Source: Candidatus Kapaibacterium sp. (GTDB lineage: Bacteria > Bacteroidota > Ignavibacteria > Kapaibacteriales > UBA2268). Taken from it: DNA of 64,000 bases. The notes below the pieces were generated by a model that saw only the letters and a list, made by a program, of their open reading frames with translations, had not been told where the DNA came from and did no database searches. Numbering within the stretch: position 1 is the stretch's first letter; each line of letters begins with the position of its first letter. Below are positions 50,720-59,656 of the stretch, one piece after another. The position numbers were made by a program, and so were the translations under genes. The stretch is from contig OY762428.1 of assembly GCA_963665665.1 (NCBI GenBank), positions 2,976,001 to 3,040,000 on the forward strand. Direction: 5' to 3'.

Positions 50720-51588
50720 TGTCATTCCCCGACACGTCACCGAAAAATCGGTGCAGGCAGGGGCAGGCTTCCGGAGCTTGCGACTGAAGAATCCATCTTT
50801 CTTGCGGATAATTTATGAAGAATGGATCCTTCGCTTCGCTCAGGATGACATGCAGTTTTACCATCGTCAAGTTCAATAGCCACGTGCTTTAGCTCGTGGA
50901 TAAAGATGCAAGGTGCGGAGGCAAAGAAAAAGAATCCACCCCGACTCGCTGCGCTTGCCACCCCTCAACTGGAGGGGAATTATTTAAGAATCCACCCCGC
51001 CCTTCGGGGAACAGTGAGCTAATGTCCCCCTCAACGAGGGGGTGGCCGTTAGGCCGGGGGAGGATTCTTCGATTTGTAATTATTAGTTTATCAATTAGGA
51101 AGTCCACCCCCGTCCTTCGGACACCCCCGCCAGCGGGGGACATTCCCATCCGTCATTCTGAATGAGCTTGCGACTGAAGAATCCATCTTCGTTTGCAGAT
51201 AGTGTGTGAAGAATCCACCCCTGCCTGTCCCGACGTGTCGGGAACTCGCTGCACTCGCCACCCCTCAACGAGGGGAATTTTAAGAATCCACCCCCGCCCT
51301 TCGGGCACTCGTCCTAAATTAGGAGGGGATAAGAAATTAAATATCATAGAATTAACTCCTCATCCTTCCAAAGGAGGTGGCCGGGGGGAGGTAGGAAGGG
51401 TCGGAAGCAAAGCACCGATGTTCTAAGTCATTGCCGACTTATTCTTCTTCAAAGCCATCCCCTTCGGGGAGGGTTTGGGAGGGGTCGAAAGCAATGCACT
51501 GATGTTTTAAGCCATTGCCGCCTTATTCTTCTTCAAAGCCCTCTCCTTTGGGGAAGTTGCCACACCGCGTGTGTTTGGGAGGGGTCGT
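50720..51588. repeat. Composite REP-like cluster (GTCATT..GAAGAATCC pair, TCCACCCC..CCCCTC..GAGGGG units, and a further copy of the 48.4-kb modules)
   Basis: Multiple palindromes. 51323-51480 resembles the 48474-48635 segment. TTGCCACACC.CGTGTGTTTGGGAGG occurs at both ~48354 and ~51557. Confidence 0.8.
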
Positions 51589-51655
51589 CAACTGAATTGT
51601 AATAATCAATAACTGCGACTTTACAAATTACGTGGATTCCGGTTTCAAAAATCAT

Positions 51656-51690
51656 AAAAAAAGCCCCTTCAATATCAAATCAAAGGGGCT
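51656..51690 (-). terminator. Intrinsic terminator of the cyclophilin operon
   Basis: AGCCCCTT...AAGGGGCT stem, with an A-run on the + strand (U-run on -). Confidence 0.7.
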
Positions 51691-51711
51691 GGCTCGTAAT
51701 TAAATTTCTAA

Positions 51712-52227
51712 TTAATCATTTAGCTTGACAACTTTCATTTCAATTTTATCAAGTGGTCCGTCCATGCGGTCGCGCGGGGAGTTTACGATTTTATCAGCAA
51801 CATCCATACCTTCGGTTACCTGGCCGAAAACTGTATATTGCCTGTCCAAGTGCGGAGAGTCCTGAACCATAATAAAGAACTGAGAAGTAGCGCTGTTAAT
51901 ATCATTTCCTTTTCTTGCAGTTGAAAGGATGCCGCGTTTATGGGAAATGTCGCTGAATTCAGCAGGAACGGTTTTCTGGCCCGGGGCGCCCATGCCCCAT
52001 GTATTCCTGGGTTTATCTTTAGAATTCGGGTCGCCGCCCTGGATCATGAATCCGGGTATTACCCTGTGAAATGCTGTTCCGTCGTAGGAGCCTTCTTTAA
52101 CCAGGTTCTCAAAATTCGCGCAATGCTTAGGAGCAACATCCGGCCAGAGTTCCAAAATTATCTTACCCATTTCCTCACCATTCTGGCTTGCTGTCATTTC
52201 GTATTTCGGTTTATTTGTATTTTCCAT
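51712..52227 (-). CDS. Cyclophilin-type peptidyl-prolyl isomerase (cytoplasmic)
   Basis: YDGTAFHRVIPGFMIQGGD, SATSQFFI, HLDRQYTVFG. No signal peptide. Confidence 0.95.
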   Translation of the reverse strand: MENTNKPKYEMTASQNGEEMGKIILELWPDVAPKHCANFENLVKEGSYDGTAFHRVIPGFMIQGGDPNSKDKPRNTWGMGAPGQKTVPAEFSDISHKRGILSTARKGNDINSATSQFFIMVQDSPHLDRQYTVFGQVTEGMDVADKIVNSPRDRMDGPLDKIEMKVVKLND

Positions 52228-52237
52228 TTATCTTCCG

Positions 52238-52870
52238 TTAATCATTTAATTTAACAATTTTCATTTCAATTTTATCAAGAGGACCGTTTTTCTTATCAAC
52301 TCGTGAGTTAACTACTTTATCAGCAACGTCCATTCCACTCAGCACATGTCCGAAAACAGTATATTGTCTGTCTAAGTGCGGGGAATCTTCAACCATAATA
52401 AAGAACTGCGAAGTTGCACTGTTTATGTCTCCGCCTTTCCTTGCAGTTGAAAGAATACCGCGTTTATGGGAAATATCGCTGAACTCAGCCGGTACTGTTT
52501 TCTGGCTCGGGTCACCCATTCCCCAGGTATTTCTTGGTTTATTTTTAGAGTTGGGGTCGCCTCCCTGAATCATAAACCCCGGTATTACCCTGTGGAATGC
52601 CGTACCATCGTAAAATCCAGTTTTAACAAGATTATCAAAGTTTGCGCAATGCTTTGGAGCTACATTCGGCCACAATTCCAGTACAATCTTTCCAAGTTCT
52701 TTTCCCTTTTGGGTAACAGTAATCTCATATTTCGGGTTTGTAGATTTTTCTATTGATTTTTCTGCTACTTTCTTTTCTTCCTTCTTTGTTGCTGTTTCTG
52801 TTGATGAGCAGGAAATCATTGTTATTGCCAGCAGCATTGCAAGCGCACTACCCATAAATTTCTTTAACAT
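52238..52870 (-). CDS. Cyclophilin-type PPIase, lipoprotein
   Basis: GGAGG RBS, lipobox MISC, FHRVIPGFMIQGGD. Confidence 0.93.
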   Translation of the reverse strand: MLKKFMGSALAMLLAITMISCSSTETATKKEEKKVAEKSIEKSTNPKYEITVTQKGKELGKIVLELWPNVAPKHCANFDNLVKTGFYDGTAFHRVIPGFMIQGGDPNSKNKPRNTWGMGDPSQKTVPAEFSDISHKRGILSTARKGGDINSATSQFFIMVEDSPHLDRQYTVFGHVLSGMDVADKVVNSRVDKKNGPLDKIEMKIVKLND

Positions 52871-52892
52871 ATTTGCCTCCAATTCTAATAAA

Positions 52893-53597
52893 TTATTTAA
52901 CAAGTTCTTTCACTTCCACAGAAAATATTTTTATCGGTTCTTTCGGACAACCGTCGTCATCGCCTCGATCTGACGGTTCTACGTCAACGGCTCCGATAGC
53001 CTCGACAACATCCATCCCGGATATAACGTTTCCGAATATCGTATATTTTGGTTTAAGCCTTTTGGCTTCTTTCATGCAGATAAAAAACTGGCTTGTATTG
53101 GTATTCGGCCCTGCATTTGCCATCCCCACAATACCCTCGCGATAGCCGTAACGGTAAATTACATTCGTAGAATCAATTTCATCCTCGAATTCACCGTCGT
53201 AAATACTTTCGCCGCCTTCGCCCCATTCTGATTTCATACTTTTAAACCGGGTGTTACCGTCGCCTGACTGAATTACAAAACCATGCGCCACACGATGAAA
53301 AAGAATACCGTTGAAATACATTCTTTTCGAAAGTTGCACAAAATTTTCAACAGTTCGGGGAGCCTGGTTTCCGAATAACCCAATAACAATTGTTCCCATG
53401 CTTGTCTTAATTTCTGCCTTGTGGGTATATTCCGGCAAATCATTTTTCGAAATACTATCAGATTTAACTTCCTGAGCTAAATTATTGATGGCAGAAATAT
53501 TATCGGCTTCTTTTTTACCTTCGGCCTTTGAGCCTTCAAGGCATGAACTAAGCATGATAAAACTTAAAACGAATAAAATTGTAAGTAAAGATTTCAT
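52893..53597 (-). CDS. Cyclophilin-type PPIase, lipoprotein
   Basis: Lipobox LSSC, APRTVENF, FHRVAHGFVIQSGD, GMANAGPNTNTSQFFI. Confidence 0.92.
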   Translation of the reverse strand: MKSLLTILFVLSFIMLSSCLEGSKAEGKKEADNISAINNLAQEVKSDSISKNDLPEYTHKAEIKTSMGTIVIGLFGNQAPRTVENFVQLSKRMYFNGILFHRVAHGFVIQSGDGNTRFKSMKSEWGEGGESIYDGEFEDEIDSTNVIYRYGYREGIVGMANAGPNTNTSQFFICMKEAKRLKPKYTIFGNVISGMDVVEAIGAVDVEPSDRGDDDGCPKEPIKIFSVEVKELVK

Positions 53598-53716
53598 TCA
53601 AATCCAAAATTGATTAATTTTACAATTCAGACAAATTAAAAGAATATAGTTAAAATATCAATTTTCATTTTAAATTTTTAAGAAATTAAATTAAATATTC
53701 AGCATAAGGAGATAAA

Positions 53717-54493
53717 ATGAGAAAATTATTATTGCTTTTACTATTCGTTCTGTTCAATACTCCCAATCTTTCATGCGGAGAAATTCACTGCAAGCATTTT
53801 TTCATGGGAATGCCGGCAGGAGCCCCGGAGGAAAATGACCTGATTATTCGCGACACATACGCGATGAGCAACAGCCCGGAAACAAAATTTGCAGACTGGG
53901 TGGCATATCGAATTGATTCTCTATCCATAACAGGTCCGAAAAGAAAACGAAACTGGAAAGCAGACCCATTTCTTGATGATTCGGAAACACTCGAACCAAA
54001 AGATTATAAGGGGGCTGCTGCTGCATTGGGTACTGACCGGGGGCACCAGGCTCCATTAGCGTCTTTCAAAGGTTCCGATGAATGGTACACTACTAACTAT
54101 CTTTCCAATATTACCCCTCAGAAAGCTGAACTGAACCAGGGCCCCTGGAAAAGGATAGAAGATAAAGTCAGGCGTTATGTTGATACTTTTGAGTTTGTAT
54201 ATGTAATTACCGGGCCTCTTTACGAACGAGTCATGCCCTTGCTGCCCCAGGCTGACGAATCACATACTATTCCAAGCGGGTATTGGAAAATCGTTATTAT
54301 TCCGGAGGACAGGAAAAAATTCCGAACCGAAGCATATATTTTCGACCAGGAAACTCCAAGGAAAGACAATCCGAATGACCATATTGTCAGTATTGATGAA
54401 ATTGAAAAAAGAAGCGGGCTGGACTTCATGAGCAAATTACCCGATGATATTGAAGCAAAGGTAGAATATAGAAGATTAGGAAGAAATTATTAG
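53717..54493 (+). CDS. DNA/RNA non-specific endonuclease (NucA/EndoG family), exported
   Basis: ADWVAY, DRGHQAP, NYLSNITPQ..LNQGPW..IE, IPSGYWK. Confidence 0.92.
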   Translation: MRKLLLLLLFVLFNTPNLSCGEIHCKHFFMGMPAGAPEENDLIIRDTYAMSNSPETKFADWVAYRIDSLSITGPKRKRNWKADPFLDDSETLEPKDYKGAAAALGTDRGHQAPLASFKGSDEWYTTNYLSNITPQKAELNQGPWKRIEDKVRRYVDTFEFVYVITGPLYERVMPLLPQADESHTIPSGYWKIVIIPEDRKKFRTEAYIFDQETPRKDNPNDHIVSIDEIEKRSGLDFMSKLPDDIEAKVEYRRLGRNY

Positions 54494-54614
54494 CTGGTTG
54501 ATTTGTGACTTATCTGATAATGTCTATCCCATAATTTCAGATATTTTATTCCACAAATAATTATTATCCGGAAGGGGATGATTTGGGTAGAACCGGATAA
54601 TTATCAGGAAGGCA

Positions 54615-56315
54615 TCAAATCCTGAAATTCCTGTGTTCCTCAAAATTCCTGTCTCTGTTTGTGATCAATTCGATAATGCAGGAACGCCCACTGCGGCCAG
54701 ACCTTGTATATTGCTCACGGAATTCAGCCCGGTTTGCAGGTTTATAATAATCCAGGCCGAACATGGCCGCTGCATTTTCAAAGCCGAGATTATGGGGGGT
54801 GGAGAAATATTCGCGAAAATGTTCCTCGCCGGAAACAGGAAGGAAATTGAATATACCGCCGCCATGATTATTGATAATTATTATTGTCAGCTTTTCCCTG
54901 ATTTTCGATGCAAGCTCCAGGCCGTTCAGGTCGTGCAGTGCCGACAGGTCTCCGCAAACGAGAGTGCAGTCGGCTCCGTTCCCTGCGGCAAAACCACATG
55001 CCGAGGAAATAACACCATCTATGCCGCTGGCGCCCCTGTTCGCGGCAACTTTCGTGTTTGCATCATTCCTAAGCGGGAACATGTCAAAGTCCCTTATGGG
55101 CATACTGCTTGCAAGAAATAATAACTCGTCACTGCTGATAATGTCAAGCAAATCCGCCGGCAGAGCAATCTCACTTAAATCATCGCCTGCCTGCAAGTGT
55201 GTATTCAAAGCTGATTGAGCCGCAATATTCAGTTCAGCCCAGGATTCGAGGTATTCACCACTTCCTGTTTTTAAATCAATTGAATCGCAGAAATACTCAA
55301 TATCTGCTACAATCCTGTTTTTGACAATATTTCCCTGATCAATCCTGACAGGATCGTTATTGACAAGGAAGTAATTTGGCGGATTGGTTCTTTCAAGATA
55401 TTGCTGCAATGCCTTGGATATAACAGGCCCCCCAAAATGAAGTATAAAATCAGGATTTTGCGGCTGAATTCCCTGGTTAATTATCCTGTCGTAATAATTA
55501 ATAACTTTATCTGATGAAGAAAATTTCAGTCTGCTGAGGATATCGGGAAACAATGGCAGGTTCAGGCTTTCGCTCAATTTCAGAACAGCTTCACTGTCGG
55601 CGGACTTTCTCATTCTTCCGGCAATTATAATTATATTATTGAAATTTTTGAGTTTAGCGGATATATTTTCAATTGTTTTCTCATCCGGAATGTTATTTCC
55701 GGCTGAATACTGAGTGAAAGCAATGCCGGATTTTTCCCATTTATTAATATTATCGCTAATATCATTAACTTCATCGTCGGATATAAGGGGCTCCCTGAAA
55801 CTGAAATTCAGGTGAACGGGCCCTGCCGGAGAATTTTTGGCCGTGAATACAGCGTAATCCACAGATGAAAGTAATGATTCGCGGGGATATCCGCTTTCGG
55901 CAGCAGGGAAATTAAAATTCCGACGCGTGTATTTTTCAAATATATTTACCTGGTCGATAGTCTGGTTGGCGCTGCATTCCCAGAGTTCCGGAGGCCTGTC
56001 GGCTGTAAGAATAATCAGGGGGAGGCGGTCGTAGGAAGCTTCGACGACTGCGGGAAGGTAGTTTGCCACTGCCGTACCTGAAGTGCAAATCAGCGCAGCC
56101 GGTTTCCCGGTACGGGCGTAACCAACAGCGGCATAAGCGGCTCCGCGTTCGTCGTAACAAATTGTTTTTATTGCATTGGGATTTTCAGCGGCGGCCAAAG
56201 TTAGCGGTGTTGAGCGCGAGCCTGGCGAAATATAAAATTGAACAACGCCGTTTCTGACCAGTTCCTCTATTACAAGCGAAGCGTTAAAGCTGTTGTCGCA
56301 TCTTCTATTTATCAT
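54615..56315 (-). CDS. menD: SEPHCHC synthase
   Basis: ISPGSRSTPL, DERGAAY, CTSGTAVANYLPAVVEA, TADRPPEL, SMPIRD, NRGASGIDG, GDLSALHDLNGL, NNHGGGIF. Confidence 0.95.
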   Translation of the reverse strand: MINRRCDNSFNASLVIEELVRNGVVQFYISPGSRSTPLTLAAAENPNAIKTICYDERGAAYAAVGYARTGKPAALICTSGTAVANYLPAVVEASYDRLPLIILTADRPPELWECSANQTIDQVNIFEKYTRRNFNFPAAESGYPRESLLSSVDYAVFTAKNSPAGPVHLNFSFREPLISDDEVNDISDNINKWEKSGIAFTQYSAGNNIPDEKTIENISAKLKNFNNIIIIAGRMRKSADSEAVLKLSESLNLPLFPDILSRLKFSSSDKVINYYDRIINQGIQPQNPDFILHFGGPVISKALQQYLERTNPPNYFLVNNDPVRIDQGNIVKNRIVADIEYFCDSIDLKTGSGEYLESWAELNIAAQSALNTHLQAGDDLSEIALPADLLDIISSDELLFLASSMPIRDFDMFPLRNDANTKVAANRGASGIDGVISSACGFAAGNGADCTLVCGDLSALHDLNGLELASKIREKLTIIIINNHGGGIFNFLPVSGEEHFREYFSTPHNLGFENAAAMFGLDYYKPANRAEFREQYTRSGRSGRSCIIELITNRDRNFEEHRNFRI

Positions 56316-57666
56316 TTTTGAATATCCCGATAAAATTCTTCATCTTGTTGTCAATTTCCGACCATTCCATATCAGCGTCGGAATCAGGTACAATTCCAGC
56401 GCCGGTATATAAAATCAATTCCCCGTTATAATATAGCCCTGATCTGATAGCCACGCAATAGTCCGCTTCGCCTTTTTTCTCCCAGCCGATGGGAGCCGCG
56501 TACAGCCCGCGGCAGAATCCTTCGATTTCACGTATTTTTTCAAGGGAAAGTTTCTGTGGAATACCACCGACAGCCGGGGTAGGGTGAAGTATATCAATAA
56601 TATTTTCATTACTGATATTCTGCTTCAGGATTCCCCGGAATTTTGTAAACAGGTGCTGAACAGTTGGAAGTTTCATAAGGGATTTGCTTTCCGGAAATGA
56701 AAATTCCGAGCAGGTTTCTTTATAGGATTCTTTCAGGAAAGAAATTACAATATCATGTTCGTAATTATCTTTCCCGCTTTCGAGCAGTTCCTTCCCAAGT
56801 AGTTCGTCTTCTTCGGCTGCCGCGCCGCGCCTTGTTGTTCCTGCAAGGGCGTCGGATTCAATATCCTGGCCATTTCTTTTAAACAATCGTTCAGGAGTTG
56901 CTCCCATAAAAGCCATTCCATTTTTTGTGCCAATAAAAAACCGGGTTGAGAACGGCCTTTTTTCCAACAACTTTATGAAAATATCTTCAGGGCTGATTTG
57001 GTTTTCGAATTTTATCCGGTTTTTCCTGCAAAGAACAATTTTTTCCATTCTTTCACTGCTGAATAGTTTGCCAGCATCGGACATCATCCTTTTCCAATCA
57101 TCCTTTCCAGTTATATTTTCTATCTCGCTGATAACCGGGCTTGTACTTATTTCAGTATTTTTACCATTTTCTGAAGTAAATATATTATCAATTATGGAAA
57201 TGAATTTTTCTGAGGATTCAACTGGTATATTGAAGTAAAGATATTCTTTGTCGTTATTTCTTTCGTAACCGAACAGGGGCAGGAAAGAATTTATTTTGTT
57301 GAATCTATCCCAGTAGCTATTTTGTAGTGAGTCTTTCTGTAAAGCGCTGAACATTCTCCATTTGAAAATTCTTACTTCATCAGATAAACCTGTTATATCA
57401 ACATTGGGAATTTGCAGGCTGTTGAGTTCCTCTTTATTCAATAGATTAATATAACCAGCAATTTCCAGTTTGTCTTCCCTGTCTAACCAATATATTTTGT
57501 TTACGGAATCTAAATTTTTAAAAAAGGAATATTTATTGAAAGAGCTGATATTATTAATAATAATTCTGCAAACCCATATATTGCCTTTGGATAATATTGG
57601 GTTTATATCAGCAAAATAGTTCGTGAGATAAGCTTTAAGGTTGTTGATATTAAATGTTTCTTTCAT
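56305..57666 (-). CDS. menF: Isochorismate synthase
   Basis: KIVLCR, FMGATPERL, ALAGT, EHDIV, LHPTPAVGG, RGLYAAPIGW, VAIRSG, GAGIV. Overlaps menD. Confidence 0.9.
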   Translation of the reverse strand: MKETFNINNLKAYLTNYFADINPILSKGNIWVCRIIINNISSFNKYSFFKNLDSVNKIYWLDREDKLEIAGYINLLNKEELNSLQIPNVDITGLSDEVRIFKWRMFSALQKDSLQNSYWDRFNKINSFLPLFGYERNNDKEYLYFNIPVESSEKFISIIDNIFTSENGKNTEISTSPVISEIENITGKDDWKRMMSDAGKLFSSERMEKIVLCRKNRIKFENQISPEDIFIKLLEKRPFSTRFFIGTKNGMAFMGATPERLFKRNGQDIESDALAGTTRRGAAAEEDELLGKELLESGKDNYEHDIVISFLKESYKETCSEFSFPESKSLMKLPTVQHLFTKFRGILKQNISNENIIDILHPTPAVGGIPQKLSLEKIREIEGFCRGLYAAPIGWEKKGEADYCVAIRSGLYYNGELILYTGAGIVPDSDADMEWSEIDNKMKNFIGIFKNDK

Positions 57667-57819
57667 CAAATACAATAAAATTAGTGATAACAGGTTTAAT
57701 AATCACAGAATTCATTCAAAATAATAATTTTATTCTGTATAAAAAATTGATTATTTTGCAATATTGAAGTTTAAAGTAAAGCAGAACGGCAACTACACTT
57801 GGAAAAAAGAAATCAGAGA

Positions 57820-58578
57820 ATGGATTTTGGAATAGAAAAGCCCGGCAAACCGATAATTATCGCGGGGCCTTGTTCCGTAGAATCAGAAGATCAAATCTCC
57901 TCTGTCAGCAAGGTAATATCTTCCAAGGGAATACGATACCTTCGTGGCGGCGCTTTCAAGCCCCGCACTTCCCCGAACAGTTTCCAGGGACTCGGGGCTA
58001 AGGGTATTGAATACATAAGGAAAGCTGCTGATAATAATAATATGCTGGTTGTTTCCGAAGTTCTTGACGGTGATCAACTTGATGATCATTACGATGATAT
58101 TGATATTATTCAAGTTGGCAGCCGTAATATGTCTTCATCTGCTTTGCTGAAAAGAATAGGAAAAAAAACCTCTATTGATAAAAAGCCTGTATTGCTGAAA
58201 CGCGGATTTTCAGCTACAATCAGCGAATTCCTCTACGCGGCTGATTATATCAGGAATGAAGGGAACCCCAATGTATGGCTTTGCCTCAGGGGTATCAGGA
58301 CATTTGAACAGATAGATTCTATTTTCCGGTTTACGCCCGACCTTGGTTCAATCCTTGAATTGAAGCATAGAACGGATCTGCCTGTTATTTATGATCCCAG
58401 CCATGCAGCCGGCGATTCAGATTATGTTGTAAAAATAGCAAAAGCAGCACTGATGCTCGGCGCGGACGGACTCCTGATAGAAACACACCTTTCACCGGAA
58501 AATGCACTCACCGACGGCAAGCAAAGTATTCATCCCGATATGCTGGATGAAATTCTGAATTCATTACTACTCAGCTAA
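57820..58578 (+). CDS. DAHP synthase, class I-beta, catalytic barrel only
   Basis: IIAGPCSVES, LRGGAFKPRTSP..FQGLG, QVGSRNM, KPVLLKRG, DPSHA, GADGLLIE.H. Confidence 0.9.
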   Translation: MDFGIEKPGKPIIIAGPCSVESEDQISSVSKVISSKGIRYLRGGAFKPRTSPNSFQGLGAKGIEYIRKAADNNNMLVVSEVLDGDQLDDHYDDIDIIQVGSRNMSSSALLKRIGKKTSIDKKPVLLKRGFSATISEFLYAADYIRNEGNPNVWLCLRGIRTFEQIDSIFRFTPDLGSILELKHRTDLPVIYDPSHAAGDSDYVVKIAKAALMLGADGLLIETHLSPENALTDGKQSIHPDMLDEILNSLLLS

Positions 58579-58763
58579 GATGATATTATACTGTTTTGAA
58601 AAGAACAATTGTAAAATTGTCATTCTGATGGAGCGAAGCGACTGAAGAATCCACTTGTTTTAGGATAAAATTATGAAAAATGGACTCTTCGCTATTGTTC
58701 AGAGTGACATTTTCTGATATTATTAAAAAATATCTAACATATTTTACTTTATACAGAGTAGTA
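58565..58763. mobile_element. MITE/REPIN-like element, copy 2
   Basis: Ends TACTACTCAG...CAGAGTAGTA. Collinear with 38756-38966. Confidence 0.65.
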
Positions 58764-58771
58764 TCCTGAAT

Positions 58772-59656
58772 TCAATCAAGTAAATTTCTCAACGCTTCTT
58801 TCAGGCCGGGATATTCAAATTCAAAGCCGTATTGATTCAGTTTTTCCGGTATGGCTTTTTGTCCTTCAATTACTATTGTAGCAGACTCCCCGAGTAATAA
58901 TTTTAAGACAAATTCCGGAACAGGGAAGAGGTTGGGCCTTCCTAAAACTTCAGCCAGCGTCCGGGAGAATATTTTCATATTTTCAGGGTTAGGGGAGCAG
59001 GCATTGTAAACACCTCTGAAATCCGAATTTTCAATTGCAAAGATCATACTTTTTATCAAATCGCTGATATGAATCCAGGAAATGAATTGCCTTCCGCTTC
59101 CAAGTGGCCCGCCTATAAAGAATTTATATGGCAAAAGCATTTTTTCCAAAGCGCCGCCTGTTTGGGAAAGAACCATTCCTATACGGGGCAGTATTACCCT
59201 GGTTGATTCTCTTGCCAGCAGTGCTGCTTTTTCCCATTCGGCAGTCAGTTCGGCAAGGAATCCACGGCCCGGAGCTGAAGATTCGTCTTTATTTTCAGTT
59301 GAATTTCCGTAATATCCCACAGCCGAGGCATTCAGAAAAAATTCAGGTTTGTTTTCGCATCTATTAATCGCTTCTGAAATTTCACCGGTGAAATCCACCC
59401 TGCTTGAAGTCAGAATTTTCTTATAACTATCAGTCCATTTGCTTCCTGCTATCGAGGCTCCGGCAAGATTAGCAATTCCGTGAACACCGGAATGAATTAA
59501 TTCCAGGGCAGCAGGTTTATCAATTGTTTCAGCACAGTTTTCTAATTTTTTTCCGGGGTTTCTACTTACCCCAATAATATCGTAGTTTTTATTCAACTCA
59601 TTTGTTAAGGCTGAACCTATCATCCCGCCGGCGCCAAATACTACAATTTTTTTCAT
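58772..59656 (-). CDS. TIGR01777 family NAD-dependent epimerase-like protein (YfcH-like)
   Basis: GAGGMIG, NLAGASI...WT, SAVGYYG, GGPLGSGRQFISWIH, FEYP.L.EAL. Confidence 0.92.
   Translation of the reverse strand: MKKIVVFGAGGMIGSALTNELNKNYDIIGVSRNPGKKLENCAETIDKPAALELIHSGVHGIANLAGASIAGSKWTDSYKKILTSSRVDFTGEISEAINRCENKPEFFLNASAVGYYGNSTENKDESSAPGRGFLAELTAEWEKAALLARESTRVILPRIGMVLSQTGGALEKMLLPYKFFIGGPLGSGRQFISWIHISDLIKSMIFAIENSDFRGVYNACSPNPENMKIFSRTLAEVLGRPNLFPVPEFVLKLLLGESATIVIEGQKAIPEKLNQYGFEFEYPGLKEALRNLLD

Noticed and set aside
50568-51426. Short ORFs on both strands in the REP cluster, and similar ones at 4746-4994, 30681-30878 and 38812-38994
   Set aside because: Typical translations of palindromic repeats (e.g. 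VILSEAKDP) with no coding evidence.
48321-51588. Possible CRISPR array
   Set aside because: No unique spacers between constant repeats, wrong unit sizes, and no cas genes in the window.
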